Origin: an uncultured Verrucomicrobiota bacterium
GTDB lineage: Bacteria; Verrucomicrobiota; Verrucomicrobiia; Limisphaerales; UBA9464
NCBI GenBank assembly: GCA_903858835.1
Contig: CAIOKD010000024.1
Location: 1 to 43,851 of the forward strand
Reading direction: 5' to 3'
DNA length: 43,851 bases
Numbering within the stretch: the first letter of the stretch is position 1; each line of letters begins with the position of its first letter. Below the pieces are notes generated by a model. That model was not told the origin of the DNA and made no database searches. It worked only from the letters and a program-made list of their open reading frames with translations. This document shows positions 19,657 to 28,731 of this stretch, piece by piece. The position numbers and the translations under genes are program-made.

Positions 19657-20906
19657 AGCGTGCCCTCCGTTTCCACCAGCAATTCACGGATCCGGCGTTC
19701 ATCGGCCTGCAGCACGGTGATCCGGAGCCCCTGGTGGCGGAACACCTCGCCCGGCACCGGCACCACGTCGGCCAACCACAGGACCAGCCCGGCGAGGGTC
19801 TCGACGTCGTCGGGGGGAACCAGCGCCGGATGTTCGCGCCTGAAATCGTCCAGTCGCATCGCGCCATGGGTCCTCCAGCGACCCGGTGCCAGTCGCTCGA
19901 ACACGAAACCCGGGGCTTCCCCCTCCCCGCGGATCGGACCGACCACCGAGACCAGAATGTCTTGGAGAGTCAAAAGCCCGGCCGTCCCGCCGTATTCGTC
20001 CAGCACGATCGCCACGCCCCGGTGCTGCCGTTGCATCGACTCGAAGAGCTTAAGCAGGTTCATGCTCTCGGGCACGAAGGAAGGGAACTCCATCGCCATG
20101 AAGAGGTCCGCGTCGGCGTCGAGGAGCAGCGTGCGGGTGTTCAACACGCCGATCACGTTGTCGGGCGACTCATCGTAGAGGGGGATCCAATGGTGCCCGG
20201 ACTTCCGTGCCTCGGCCACCATGCGGTCCATGGGCAGGTCGTCGGGAAGGAGCACCATGCGCGCGCGGGGCTGCATCACGTCGCGGGCCGTCCGCTGGTC
20301 GAGCGAGAGCACCTGCAGCAGGATCTCCTTCTCGCCGGCACCCAGGGTGCCCTGCTGATGGGCCAGTTCGATGAGGTCGGCGTACTCGTCATCCGAGACT
20401 CCGGACTGGATCTTGGCGGACCTCGGCACCCATCGCTCGACGACCCCGTCGACGCAGGCCTGCGCGACCCTCCGGACCGGACGGGTGAGACTGACGAAGA
20501 GCCAGAGGGGCTCCGCCACCCGCAGGGCCCACGTCTCGGGGCTCCGCACCCCGAGCGCCTTCGGGGTCACCTCGCAAGTCAGCAGGAGGAGCAATAGTCC
20601 CAACGCCGCCCATCCGACCCCGGGGATCCCACGGTCGAAGGCAAGTCCGCCGGCCACGGTGAGGGCCACCAGCAGGGAGTTCGACAGGGTGTTGCCCAGC
20701 GCGATGGCCGCCAATACGTCGGCGGGCTGGGCCAACAGGAGCCCCACCCGTTCACTGCCCCGCCGCCCCGACTCCACCAGTCGTCGGGAGCGCCAGGTAC
20801 CCAGGGAAAAGAGGGCCGACTCGGCGAGGGCGAAGAAGAAACTCGACGCCACCAGCGCCAAGAGCAGGAGCAGCGGTGTTGTGGGCAGGGAGGCCAACGG
20901 CGCCAT
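19653..20906 (-). CDS. CNNM/CorB-type (HlyC/CorC family) transporter: DUF21 - CBS pair - CorC_HlyC
   Basis: DUF21: LLLLLALVASSFFFALAESALFSLGTWR...LAAIALGNTLSN. CBS: VMQPRARMVLLPDD...HHWIPLYDESPDNVIGVLNTRTLL...GVAIVLDEYGGTAGLLTLQDILVSVVG. CorC_HlyC-like tail: WRTHGAMRLDDF...GLVLWLADVVPVPGEVFRHQGLRITVLQADERRIREL. I prefer the ATG at 20906 (MAPLASL). The ORF is open to 20969, only 29 bp from coaD. Confidence 0.84.
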   Translation of the reverse strand: MAPLASLPTTPLLLLLALVASSFFFALAESALFSLGTWRSRRLVESGRRGSERVGLLLAQPADVLAAIALGNTLSNSLLVALTVAGGLAFDRGIPGVGWAALGLLLLLLTCEVTPKALGVRSPETWALRVAEPLWLFVSLTRPVRRVAQACVDGVVERWVPRSAKIQSGVSDDEYADLIELAHQQGTLGAGEKEILLQVLSLDQRTARDVMQPRARMVLLPDDLPMDRMVAEARKSGHHWIPLYDESPDNVIGVLNTRTLLLDADADLFMAMEFPSFVPESMNLLKLFESMQRQHRGVAIVLDEYGGTAGLLTLQDILVSVVGPIRGEGEAPGFVFERLAPGRWRTHGAMRLDDFRREHPALVPPDDVETLAGLVLWLADVVPVPGEVFRHQGLRITVLQADERRIRELLVETEGTL

Positions 20907-20998
20907 CGACTCCGAAAATCGGTCCGTATTCAACCCTGGAGGCATTCCATCCACGAGGGTGTCTTCCAATTTTCGGCCCGAATCCCTAACCTATCTCC

Positions 20999-21493
20999 AT
21001 GCGCACCGTCGTGTACCCGGGGAGTTTCGACCCGATCACCAACGGCCACCTCGACGTGGTCCAGCGGGCCGCCAAGATGTTCGACCGGGTCATCCTCGCC
21101 GTCGCACGCAACGAGGGCAAACACCCCCTCTTCAGCCTCGAGGAGCGCAAGCGCCTGGCGCTGAAGGCCGTTTCGGGCCTCGGAAACGTGGCGGTGGAGA
21201 CCTTCGAAGGACTGTTGGTGGATTATGTGATCGCGCACCGGGCTTGCGCGGTGGTCCGGGGTCTCCGGGCGGTCAGCGACTTCGAGTTCGAATTCCAGCT
21301 CGCACTGATGAACCGGAAGCTCAACGAGAACGTGGAGACGGTCTTCCTGATGCCCAAGGACTCGTATTCCTTCCTCAGTTCGCGACTGGTCAAGGAGGTG
21401 GCCCGACTCAAGGGCGACGTCTCGCCGTTCGTCCCGCCCGAGGTCGTGGAGGCGCTCCGCTCACGGCTGAGCGCCCCGGGACGTCAGGATTGA
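20999..21493 (+). CDS. coaD: Phosphopantetheine adenylyltransferase
   Basis: Motifs: VVYPGSFDPITNGHLDVVQRA, VRGLRAVSDFEFEFQLALMNR, ETVFLMP, FLSSRLVKEV. Confidence 0.93.
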   Translation: MRTVVYPGSFDPITNGHLDVVQRAAKMFDRVILAVARNEGKHPLFSLEERKRLALKAVSGLGNVAVETFEGLLVDYVIAHRACAVVRGLRAVSDFEFEFQLALMNRKLNENVETVFLMPKDSYSFLSSRLVKEVARLKGDVSPFVPPEVVEALRSRLSAPGRQD

Positions 21494-21520
21494 TGGACCG
21501 GCTCTTCGGTTCCCGGACGA

Positions 21521-22372
21521 TCAGAACTTCCAGACGAGGTCCACGGTGACCCGATCCTTGAAGATGTCGGCCGAATCCGCGACACCGACCTCATAGGAGG
21601 CGCCGAAATCGATCGACGATGTCAGGTGGGATCGGAAGCCGACGCCCACCGCCCCCTGGTAGCGGCCGGAGGCATTGCTGCTGCCGAAGTTGATCACATC
21701 GAATCCCTCCGAACGGAGACCGAGGCCATTGCCGTCGCTCACCGTCAGGAAGGAGTTGTACGAGACGAACGGCGTGAACCAACGATGACACGCATAGTCC
21801 ACCATCGCGTTGAACCGGAGGTTCGAAGTGTTGGCGTCGGCATCGAAGGGAACGGTGCCACCCACGTTGGCATTCACGTGGAAACGGTCCCATCCCTTGA
21901 TCGCGGACACGAAGAGATCGGCCCGGCCCTTGCCCTCGCCCTGGAAGACCTCGGAGTTGCCGGTGGGGACGGTGACGGTGAATCCCGGCGTCACGGCGAA
22001 CTGGTTGGCCGTATCCTGGATCGCCACATACTTCAGCCCCGCGGCGAGATCGTTCCAACCGTCGAGGGTCGTGCCGTTGTCGAGATGGATACGGGTGTAG
22101 CCGTCACGGGTGGCGATGAACGCCAAGCGATCGGTGAAGGCGTACCGCAGTTGCATGGCATACACCTGGGCATCGGCGCCCACCCCGAGCAGTCCGGAAT
22201 CGAGCCTGTGATAGGCGAAGAGCGGGCGGACTTCGCTCTGGACGAGCGCGGACTCGAAGTAGATCGGATTGGCCACCGGGACGATGGCCGTGTCGAAGCC
22301 GTCGTTGGCGGCGATGGCGGTGGCGGTGACCGCGAGCCCGAGGAGGGCCGCACCCTGCATTGGATTCTTCAT
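21521..22372 (-). CDS. Outer-membrane beta-barrel protein (MetA / phenol-degradation-like transporter family, tentative)
   Basis: ATG at 22372 gives the signal peptide MKNPMQGAALLGLAVTATAIAA. Alternating amphipathic beta-strand pattern throughout. C-terminal OMP signature: VTVDLVWKF with terminal Phe. I reject the ORF-track extension to 22531. Confidence 0.68.
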   Translation of the reverse strand: MKNPMQGAALLGLAVTATAIAANDGFDTAIVPVANPIYFESALVQSEVRPLFAYHRLDSGLLGVGADAQVYAMQLRYAFTDRLAFIATRDGYTRIHLDNGTTLDGWNDLAAGLKYVAIQDTANQFAVTPGFTVTVPTGNSEVFQGEGKGRADLFVSAIKGWDRFHVNANVGGTVPFDADANTSNLRFNAMVDYACHRWFTPFVSYNSFLTVSDGNGLGLRSEGFDVINFGSSNASGRYQGAVGVGFRSHLTSSIDFGASYEVGVADSADIFKDRVTVDLVWKF

Positions 22373-22530
22373 GCGGCCCGAGCATGGAAGGTTCCAGCGA
22401 TCCGAGAACACCGCGCCTTGGCCACCACTGCACGGCCTTTGTCCCCGCATGCGGTTCCGGAATCCCCGTGTTCCGCCTCCGTGGTGCTCGCACGCTGGAC
22501 TCGCCACGAAGGCAGGCGCACACTCGTCCA

Positions 22531-23154
22531 ATGATTCCCCTCGAAGTGCGTCTCCTCACCCTGTCCCTCGTCGCCCTACCGCTGTGGGCTGGCGAGGCCA
22601 AATCCCTGTTCGATGGCAAGACCCTCCGAGGCTGGGAAGGCGACCCCAAGGTTTGGTCCGTCCAGGATGGAGCCATCACGGCCGGACGCCTGGACCTGAA
22701 TTTCCCGCGCAACGAGTTCCTGGCCACCACCCGCGGCTACACCAATTTCATCCTGCGACTGCAGTTCAAGATCGAGGGCACCGAGGGATTCGTGAACTCG
22801 GGCGTCCAGATCCGCAGCGAGCGGGTGCCGAACCACCATGAGATGGTCGGGTACCAGGCCGACATCGGAGAGGGCTGGTACGGTGCCCTGTACGACGAAT
22901 CGCGACGCAACACCATCCTGGCAAAGCCGGATCCGGAGGTCGTGAAGAAGGCGGTCAAACCCGGCCAGTGGAACCACTACGAGATCAAGGCCGATGGAAA
23001 CCGGGTGACCCTGAAAATCAACGACATCCAGACCGTGGACTACACCGAGAAGGACCCAAAGGTCGTGCCCCACGGAAAGTTGGCCGTGCAGATCCACGGG
23101 GGTGGGAAGAGCCGGGTCCAGTTCAAGGACATCAGCCTCGAGGAATTGCCCTGA
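22531..23154 (+). CDS. Secreted DUF1080 (3-keto-disaccharide hydrolase-like, concanavalin-type) domain protein
   Basis: ATG at 22531 with signal LLTLSLVALPLWAGEA. DUF1080 pattern: LFDGKTLRGWEG...WSVQDGAITAG, FILRLQFKIEG..NSGVQIRS, GYQADIGEGWYGALYDE, WNHYEIKADGNRVTLKINDIQTVDY, GKLAVQIHGGGKSRVQFKDISLEEL. Confidence 0.85.
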   Translation: MIPLEVRLLTLSLVALPLWAGEAKSLFDGKTLRGWEGDPKVWSVQDGAITAGRLDLNFPRNEFLATTRGYTNFILRLQFKIEGTEGFVNSGVQIRSERVPNHHEMVGYQADIGEGWYGALYDESRRNTILAKPDPEVVKKAVKPGQWNHYEIKADGNRVTLKINDIQTVDYTEKDPKVVPHGKLAVQIHGGGKSRVQFKDISLEELP

Positions 23155-23383
23155 TCGAGGGTCCGGCCCTGAATCAGGGTCTGCCGTGACGGGAAACCCT
23201 GATACCGACGCCTGCCCGATGCCGGTGCCCCGCGGTGTCTCCCACGGATTCCTAGGAAACGCGGGCGGCCTTTGGCCTGAGGAGGCCTGCCCCGGGGGGC
23301 GAATCTGTCGATCCAATCCGTCGGTCCGATCCGACAATCTCGATCGCTCTCGGCCGTGGCTTTCGCCGATCGAGCCTCGCCCC

Positions 23384-24433
23384 TCAGTCCTCGCCGGGTT
23401 CCAGCGGCGGGCGCACCCCATACTTCTTCTTTAGGGCCTCGACCTGCGCGAGGGGCTTCATGCCGCCGGTGCAGGTGGGGTCGGCCAGCGAGGCGGCCGC
23501 GGCGCAAACGCCGGTAAGCAGGGCTTTCTGGAGATCCCAACCTTCGTGGAGACCCAGGAGCACGCCGGCGCAGAAGGCATCTCCGGCTCCGGCGGAGCCC
23601 GCGATGGCCTTGGCCGGAACCTTGAGCGACGGCTGCCAGTGATCCTTGCCGTCACGGGTGCGGGCGAAGCAACCCTCGGGGAAATGGATGACCACCAGTT
23701 CCCTCACACCGAACTGCAGGATCGCTCCTGCGGCATGACGCAGGGACACCGTGTCGAGCACACCCTCCTTGCGGATCTTGAAGCCGGTCACCATGCCCGC
23801 CTCATACTCGTTGATGATGGCGTAATCGCAGTGCTTCAAGGCCGGGGTGACTACAGTCTTGAACCGGTCGCTGGCCTCGCTCACGACATCGATGCTCGTC
23901 TTGATGCCCGCCGCCTGCGCCGCCGCCAACAACTTGGCCGCGGGGGTGGTGCCGTCCTTGGAGACGCCGTCCAGCTTGTCGAGCAGCAGCAGATAACCAA
24001 GGTGGAAAATGCGGGCCTTGATCTTGGAGAAGTCGAGATCCTTGCCGTCCCAAAGCGCGTTGGCCCCGCGGTAGTGGAAGAAGGTGCGCTTGCCGTTGGA
24101 TTGGACCGTGAAGACGTCTGTGTAGCTGGTGTCGGCCTCGGCGGTCGCCTTCAGATGGCGGGTGTCGATCTTGTGCTTGGCACAGTCTTCGACGATCGCC
24201 GCGCCCAGCGCATCCTTGCCGACCAGTCCGGCCCCCATCAGAGGGAATTCCACCCCGAGCTTCGCGAGGTCGAGCAGCACGTTGTAGGGAGACCCCCCGG
24301 TGCCCATGTGTTGGCTCTTGATGTTGGCCAGTTGCTCGAGACCGGGGTAGGCATCGACCATCTTGACCCGATCGATGATCCAGTTGCCACCGGCGAGGAT
24401 GCCGGAGCGCTTGGAGACGGAATTGCTCTTCAT
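23384..24433 (-). CDS. PfkB-family carbohydrate kinase
   Basis: Motifs: GGSPYNVLLDLAKLGV, GKDALGAAIVEDC, and the C-terminal ATP/anion-hole motif IAGSAGAGDAFCAGVLLGL. I prefer the ATG at 24433 (MKSNSVSKR); the ORF is open to 24478. Confidence 0.87.
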   Translation of the reverse strand: MKSNSVSKRSGILAGGNWIIDRVKMVDAYPGLEQLANIKSQHMGTGGSPYNVLLDLAKLGVEFPLMGAGLVGKDALGAAIVEDCAKHKIDTRHLKATAEADTSYTDVFTVQSNGKRTFFHYRGANALWDGKDLDFSKIKARIFHLGYLLLLDKLDGVSKDGTTPAAKLLAAAQAAGIKTSIDVVSEASDRFKTVVTPALKHCDYAIINEYEAGMVTGFKIRKEGVLDTVSLRHAAGAILQFGVRELVVIHFPEGCFARTRDGKDHWQPSLKVPAKAIAGSAGAGDAFCAGVLLGLHEGWDLQKALLTGVCAAAASLADPTCTGGMKPLAQVEALKKKYGVRPPLEPGED

Positions 24434-24444
24434 CGGAAATGGAG

Positions 24445-24502
24445 ACCGCGGTACGGACGTACAGACTTGGACCGACAAAGATTACACCCACTGCACCGCG
24501 GT
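24445..24502. promoter_or_regulatory. Two copies of the 8-bp palindrome ACCGCGGT, 50 bp apart, in a divergent intergenic region
   Basis: ACCGCGGT occurs at 24445-24452 and 24495-24502. This lies between the pfkB-type kinase (minus strand, start 24433) and the PSCyt2/PSD1 operon (plus strand, start 24648). It is a candidate operator pair with no functional evidence. Confidence 0.25.
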
Positions 24503-24647
24503 TGTCTTCAAGATTTCTGGGGTGGGCGGGTCATGGCGAGTGCGCTCCCGCCCCCGGTGCCCCGATAAAAACAAACGTCGGGCCGCAACGCCTCTTGTCT
24601 GGATCACGGCCCGGCGCCTAGCATTCGCCTTCAACCCCTGACGGCTC

Positions 24648-27176
24648 ATGCGTTTGCCCCTGTCATCCTGGATGGCCGCCCTGTTCCTGGGCGCATCCCT
24701 CCCCCATCCCGCACTGATCGCGGCCGAACGCGGCGCCGACAAGCCGATCCCACCCGAACCACCGGTGCCCGCCATCCGGTCGTTGAGGCTGGAACCCGAC
24801 CGTCTGACCCTGCTCGACGGACGTGATTCGCGGAAGGTCCTGGTCCTGGGCGAGACTCCGGATGGTTCGTGGATCGACCTCGGGTCGGTGGCCCGCCTGA
24901 AGCCCGAGACCGAGGCCGTGGCCCTCGATTCCGACGGCTATCTGGTTCCGCGCCAGGTCGGCAAGTCGGCGGTGAGCGTCAGCGCCGGGGGCCGAAATGC
25001 ACGCCTCGAGGTCGAGGTCCGGAGCATCGCATCCCCCGAGGTCGGCTTCGTACGGGACATCGAGCCGATACTGAGCCGAGCCGGCTGCAACTCGGGCCCT
25101 TGCCACGGATCGGCCAAGGGCAAGAACGGGTTCAAGCTCGCGCTGCGCGGTTACGATCCGGAGTACGACTATCAGGCGCTGGTCAACGACCTGAGCGGCC
25201 GCCGGTTCAACCGGGTGCATGTCGACGATTCGTTGATGCTCCAGAAGCCCCTGGGGGACATCCCGCACGAGGGGCGTCAAGCGCTGGTGCCGGGCTCGCG
25301 CTACCACCAGACGCTCCGGCAGTGGATCGCCGAGGGGGCCCGATTCCAGGAGGTTAAACCCAACCGGCCCACGGGCATCCGGGTCCTGCCCGAGAAGGTC
25401 CGGCTCGACCTCGCCGGACGCCGGCAGCAGTTCCTGGTGATCGCCACCTACCCCGACGGCTCGACGCGCGATGTGACCCGCGAGGCGGTGTTGAGCAGCA
25501 ACAACGAGGAGGTGGGACTGGTTCAGGGAGCCACCGTGATCCCGCTCCGACGGGGCGAGATGGCCGTCCTGGTCCGGTACGAGGGTGTCTACGACGCGCG
25601 CGAGGTCACGGTCATGGGCGACCGCACCGGCTTCCGTTTCGCCGCAATGCCCGAGTACAACTTCATCGACCGCGCGGTGAACGCCAAGCTCGAGAGCCTG
25701 AAGACCAACCCGAGCGAGCTGTGCACCGACGCCGAGTTCATCCGGCGGGTGTCCCTCGACATCACCGGCCAACCGCCGACGGCCGACGCCGTGCGCGCCT
25801 TCCTCGCCGACAAGACCGAGTCCCGCCGGAAGCGCGAGGCGCTGGTCGATACCCTGATCGGCTCTCCAGCCTACTCGGAGTTCTGGGCCAACAAGTTCGC
25901 CGACCTCCTGCAGTGCAATTCAGAGATCCTCGGGAAAAAGGGGGTCTGGGTGTTCCGCAACTGGATCCGCGACCAGTTCGCCTCGAACCGCCCGTTCGAC
26001 GCGTTCACCCGCGACCTGGTCCTCGCCAAGGGCAGCACCTTCGAGAACCCGGCAGGCAACTACCTGAGGTCGCTGCGCGACTCCGGGAAGATGACCGAGG
26101 ACATCTCGCAGACGTTCCTCGGCGTGCGTTTCAACTGCAACAAGTGCCACGACCATCCCTTCGAGCGCTGGACCCAGAACCAATATTACGAATTCGGAGC
26201 GTTCTTCGCCCAAGTGGCCTTCAAGCGCGGCACGCTGGGGCGGGATCATCTGATCGGCTCCGGGGAGACCTACGCCCATGAGCAGGTCTCCGAGGAGATC
26301 GTCTACCCCAACGATCAGGGCGGCGAGATCAAGCACCCCAAGAACGACGCGGTGGTGTCCCCACGGGTGCCCTACGGCGAAAGCCGAGCCATCGCCCCGG
26401 GCGAGGACCGCCGCGAGGCCTTCGCCGTGTGGCTCACCGCCAAGGAGAACCCCTACTTCGCGAAATCCACGGTGAACCGTTTCTGGAGCTATTTCTTCGG
26501 CCGAGGAATCATCGATCCGGTCGACGACATCCGGGCCGGCAACCCGCCCAGCAACCCGGCCCTGCTCGAGGCCCTCACCGCACGATTCGTCGCCGACGGC
26601 CACGATCTGCGAAAGCTCATCCGGCACATGGCGACCTCCCGGACCTACCAGTCGAGCATCGTTCCCAACCGCTGGAACGAGGATGACCTGGTCAACTTCT
26701 CGCATGCCCTGCCCCGCCGCCTCAGTGCCGAGCAGATGCTAGACTCGATCGCCGTGGCCACCGGGCGACCGCTGCAGTTCTCCAACCTGCCAGAGGGGAT
26801 GCGCGCCGCGCAATTGCCCGATGGCCTCGTGCCCGGCAACGACTTCCTGAGCCTCTTCGGGCGTCCCAAGCGGCAGAGCGCCTGCGAATGCGAGCGGTCC
26901 AGCAATGTGACGCTGTCCCACGCCCTGAACCTGATCAACGGAAAGACCCTCGGCGAATGCGTGAACCGCAACGACAACCGGTTCTCCCGCCTGGTCGCCG
27001 AACAGTCCGACGACCGCAAGGTCATCGAGGAGATCTACCTCGGCTGCCTGGGCCGGATGCCGACCGCCAAGGAGTTGTCCACGATCCGCCTGGGTGAGGG
27101 GGCCCAACGCCTCGAAGGTGCCCAAGACCTCGCCTGGGCACTGATCAACAGCCCCGCCTTCCTTTTCAACCGCTGA
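24648..27176 (+). CDS. Secreted Ig-like / DUF1549 (PSCyt2) / DUF1553 (PSD1) protein
   Basis: Signal: MRLPLSSWMAALFLGASL. Motifs: FVRDIEPILSRAGCNSGPCHGSAKGKNGFKLALRGYDPEYDY. DUF1549: RRVSLDITGQPPTADAVRAFLAD...LIGSPAYSEFWANKFADLL, and FLGVRFNCNKCHDHPFERWTQNQYY (contains CXXCH). DUF1553: NPYFAKSTVNRFWSYFFGRGI, LFGRPKRQSACECERSSNVTLSHALNLINGKTL, LINSPAFLFNR. Confidence 0.88.
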   Translation: MRLPLSSWMAALFLGASLPHPALIAAERGADKPIPPEPPVPAIRSLRLEPDRLTLLDGRDSRKVLVLGETPDGSWIDLGSVARLKPETEAVALDSDGYLVPRQVGKSAVSVSAGGRNARLEVEVRSIASPEVGFVRDIEPILSRAGCNSGPCHGSAKGKNGFKLALRGYDPEYDYQALVNDLSGRRFNRVHVDDSLMLQKPLGDIPHEGRQALVPGSRYHQTLRQWIAEGARFQEVKPNRPTGIRVLPEKVRLDLAGRRQQFLVIATYPDGSTRDVTREAVLSSNNEEVGLVQGATVIPLRRGEMAVLVRYEGVYDAREVTVMGDRTGFRFAAMPEYNFIDRAVNAKLESLKTNPSELCTDAEFIRRVSLDITGQPPTADAVRAFLADKTESRRKREALVDTLIGSPAYSEFWANKFADLLQCNSEILGKKGVWVFRNWIRDQFASNRPFDAFTRDLVLAKGSTFENPAGNYLRSLRDSGKMTEDISQTFLGVRFNCNKCHDHPFERWTQNQYYEFGAFFAQVAFKRGTLGRDHLIGSGETYAHEQVSEEIVYPNDQGGEIKHPKNDAVVSPRVPYGESRAIAPGEDRREAFAVWLTAKENPYFAKSTVNRFWSYFFGRGIIDPVDDIRAGNPPSNPALLEALTARFVADGHDLRKLIRHMATSRTYQSSIVPNRWNEDDLVNFSHALPRRLSAEQMLDSIAVATGRPLQFSNLPEGMRAAQLPDGLVPGNDFLSLFGRPKRQSACECERSSNVTLSHALNLINGKTLGECVNRNDNRFSRLVAEQSDDRKVIEEIYLGCLGRMPTAKELSTIRLGEGAQRLEGAQDLAWALINSPAFLFNR

Positions 27177-27206
27177 CCGCCCCAACCCCGTCTCTCTACC
27201 CAGCCC

Positions 27207-28661
27207 ATGATCTCCATCCCCGGCCTCTCCGGAGCCACCTGCGACGGCTTCAATCGCCGTGAATTCATGCGACTCGGCGGCGCCGGCCTGCTTGGCCTCA
27301 GCCTGGCCGACATCCTGCGGCTCCAGGCCGAACAACCGAAGACCGTCGGCCCCGCCCCGGGCCAGCCAAAGAACGGTTGGGGATCGGCCAAGCAGGTCCT
27401 GATGATCTACCTGCAGGGCGGACCCAGCCACATCGACATCTGGGATCCCAAGCCCGACGCGCCGTCGAATGTCCGGGGTGACTTCAAGCCGATCCGCACC
27501 AAGGTACCTGGCATCCAGCTCAGCGAGGTCATGCCCAAGCTGGCGCAGCAGATCGACCGGGCCACGCTCATCCGCTCCATGAGCTACACCCCGGCTGGGC
27601 TCTTCAACCACACGGCCGCGATCTACCAGATCATGACCGGCTACACCCCGGACCGGGTGTCGCCCTCGGGCCAGCTCGAACCTCCGGCTCCCAATGATTT
27701 CCCCCACATGGGCGCCCAGATCTCGCGGCTCAAGCCGCTCGACATCCCGATGCTGCCCTTCGTGATGCTGCCCCGCCCGCTCCAGGAATCGAACGTGATC
27801 GGCAAGGGTGGCACCGCCGGATTCCTGGGAGCGGCCTACGACCCCTATTACTTCTACCAGGACCCCGCCAAGGGCATCAATCTGGACGACCTGACGCTCC
27901 GCAAGGAGGTCAGCAAGGAGCGCCTCGATCGCCGTTCCACGCTGCTCAAAGCGGTCAACGAGGCCATGCCCGACATGGAGAAGGCCGTCGAGAAGTACGC
28001 CCTCGACCGCTACTACCAGAAGGCCTTCGACCTGGTCAGCAGCGGCCGCGCCCGCGACGCCTTCGACCTCTCCAAGGAGAAGGACTCGCTGAGGGACCAG
28101 TACGGGCGGCACACCTTCGGGCAGGGACTGCTCCTGGCCCGGCGCCTCTTGGAATCGGGCACCCGCTTCGTGCAGATGAACTGGCCGGCCGTGGCCAACG
28201 GCGACCCGACCGTCGACGCCTGGGACACCCATGCGGCGAATTTCGGTCCCCTGCGCAATCTCCACTGCCCCAAGCTCGACTCCGGCCTCAGCGCGCTGCT
28301 GGAGGACCTCGACGAGCGGGGACTGCTCAAGGAGACCCTGGTGTTGGCCCTCGGAGAATTCGGACGCAGCCCGCGCCTGGGCGTGAGCACCAGCGGCAAC
28401 ACCAATTCCCCGGACGGACGGGATCACTGGCCCTATTGCTACACGGCCCTCATCGCGGGCGCCGGGATCCGACGCGGGGCCTTGTACGGCAAGTCCGACG
28501 CGACCGGCTCCTCCCCCATCGAGACGCCGGTACACCCGACCCAGATCGTCGCCACCGTGTACCATGCGCTGGGCATCGACCCGCACACCATGGTCATGAA
28601 CCACCTGAACCAGCCCCGCGAACTGGTCCAGGCCGAACCCGTCACCGGACTCTTCGGCTGA
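27207..28661 (+). CDS. Tat-exported DUF1501 protein (sulfatase / alkaline-phosphatase superfamily fold)
   Basis: Twin-arginine-type leader: [22 protein letters not shown]1501 pattern: [97 protein letters not shown]. It starts 30 bp after the preceding gene. Confidence 0.9.
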   Translation: MISIPGLSGATCDGFNRREFMRLGGAGLLGLSLADILRLQAEQPKTVGPAPGQPKNGWGSAKQVLMIYLQGGPSHIDIWDPKPDAPSNVRGDFKPIRTKVPGIQLSEVMPKLAQQIDRATLIRSMSYTPAGLFNHTAAIYQIMTGYTPDRVSPSGQLEPPAPNDFPHMGAQISRLKPLDIPMLPFVMLPRPLQESNVIGKGGTAGFLGAAYDPYYFYQDPAKGINLDDLTLRKEVSKERLDRRSTLLKAVNEAMPDMEKAVEKYALDRYYQKAFDLVSSGRARDAFDLSKEKDSLRDQYGRHTFGQGLLLARRLLESGTRFVQMNWPAVANGDPTVDAWDTHAANFGPLRNLHCPKLDSGLSALLEDLDERGLLKETLVLALGEFGRSPRLGVSTSGNTNSPDGRDHWPYCYTALIAGAGIRRGALYGKSDATGSSPIETPVHPTQIVATVYHALGIDPHTMVMNHLNQPRELVQAEPVTGLFG

Positions 28662-28731
28662 GCCTTACACCAGATACGAAGCCGATCCGGCGCAGGTCCC
28701 GACCGACCGATCGGAAGCACTCCTGTTTTTC

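Noticed and set aside
23151-23383. A 229-bp convergent spacer between DUF1080 and the pfkB-type kinase, checked for a small RNA, terminators or a small ORF. It contains the hairpin CCCTGAT...ATCAGGG at ~23151-23179.
   Set aside because: There are only weak, loop-heavy hairpins without T-tracts. The one overlapping ORF (23102-23434) is compositionally a shadow ORF. Nothing can be supported from sequence alone.
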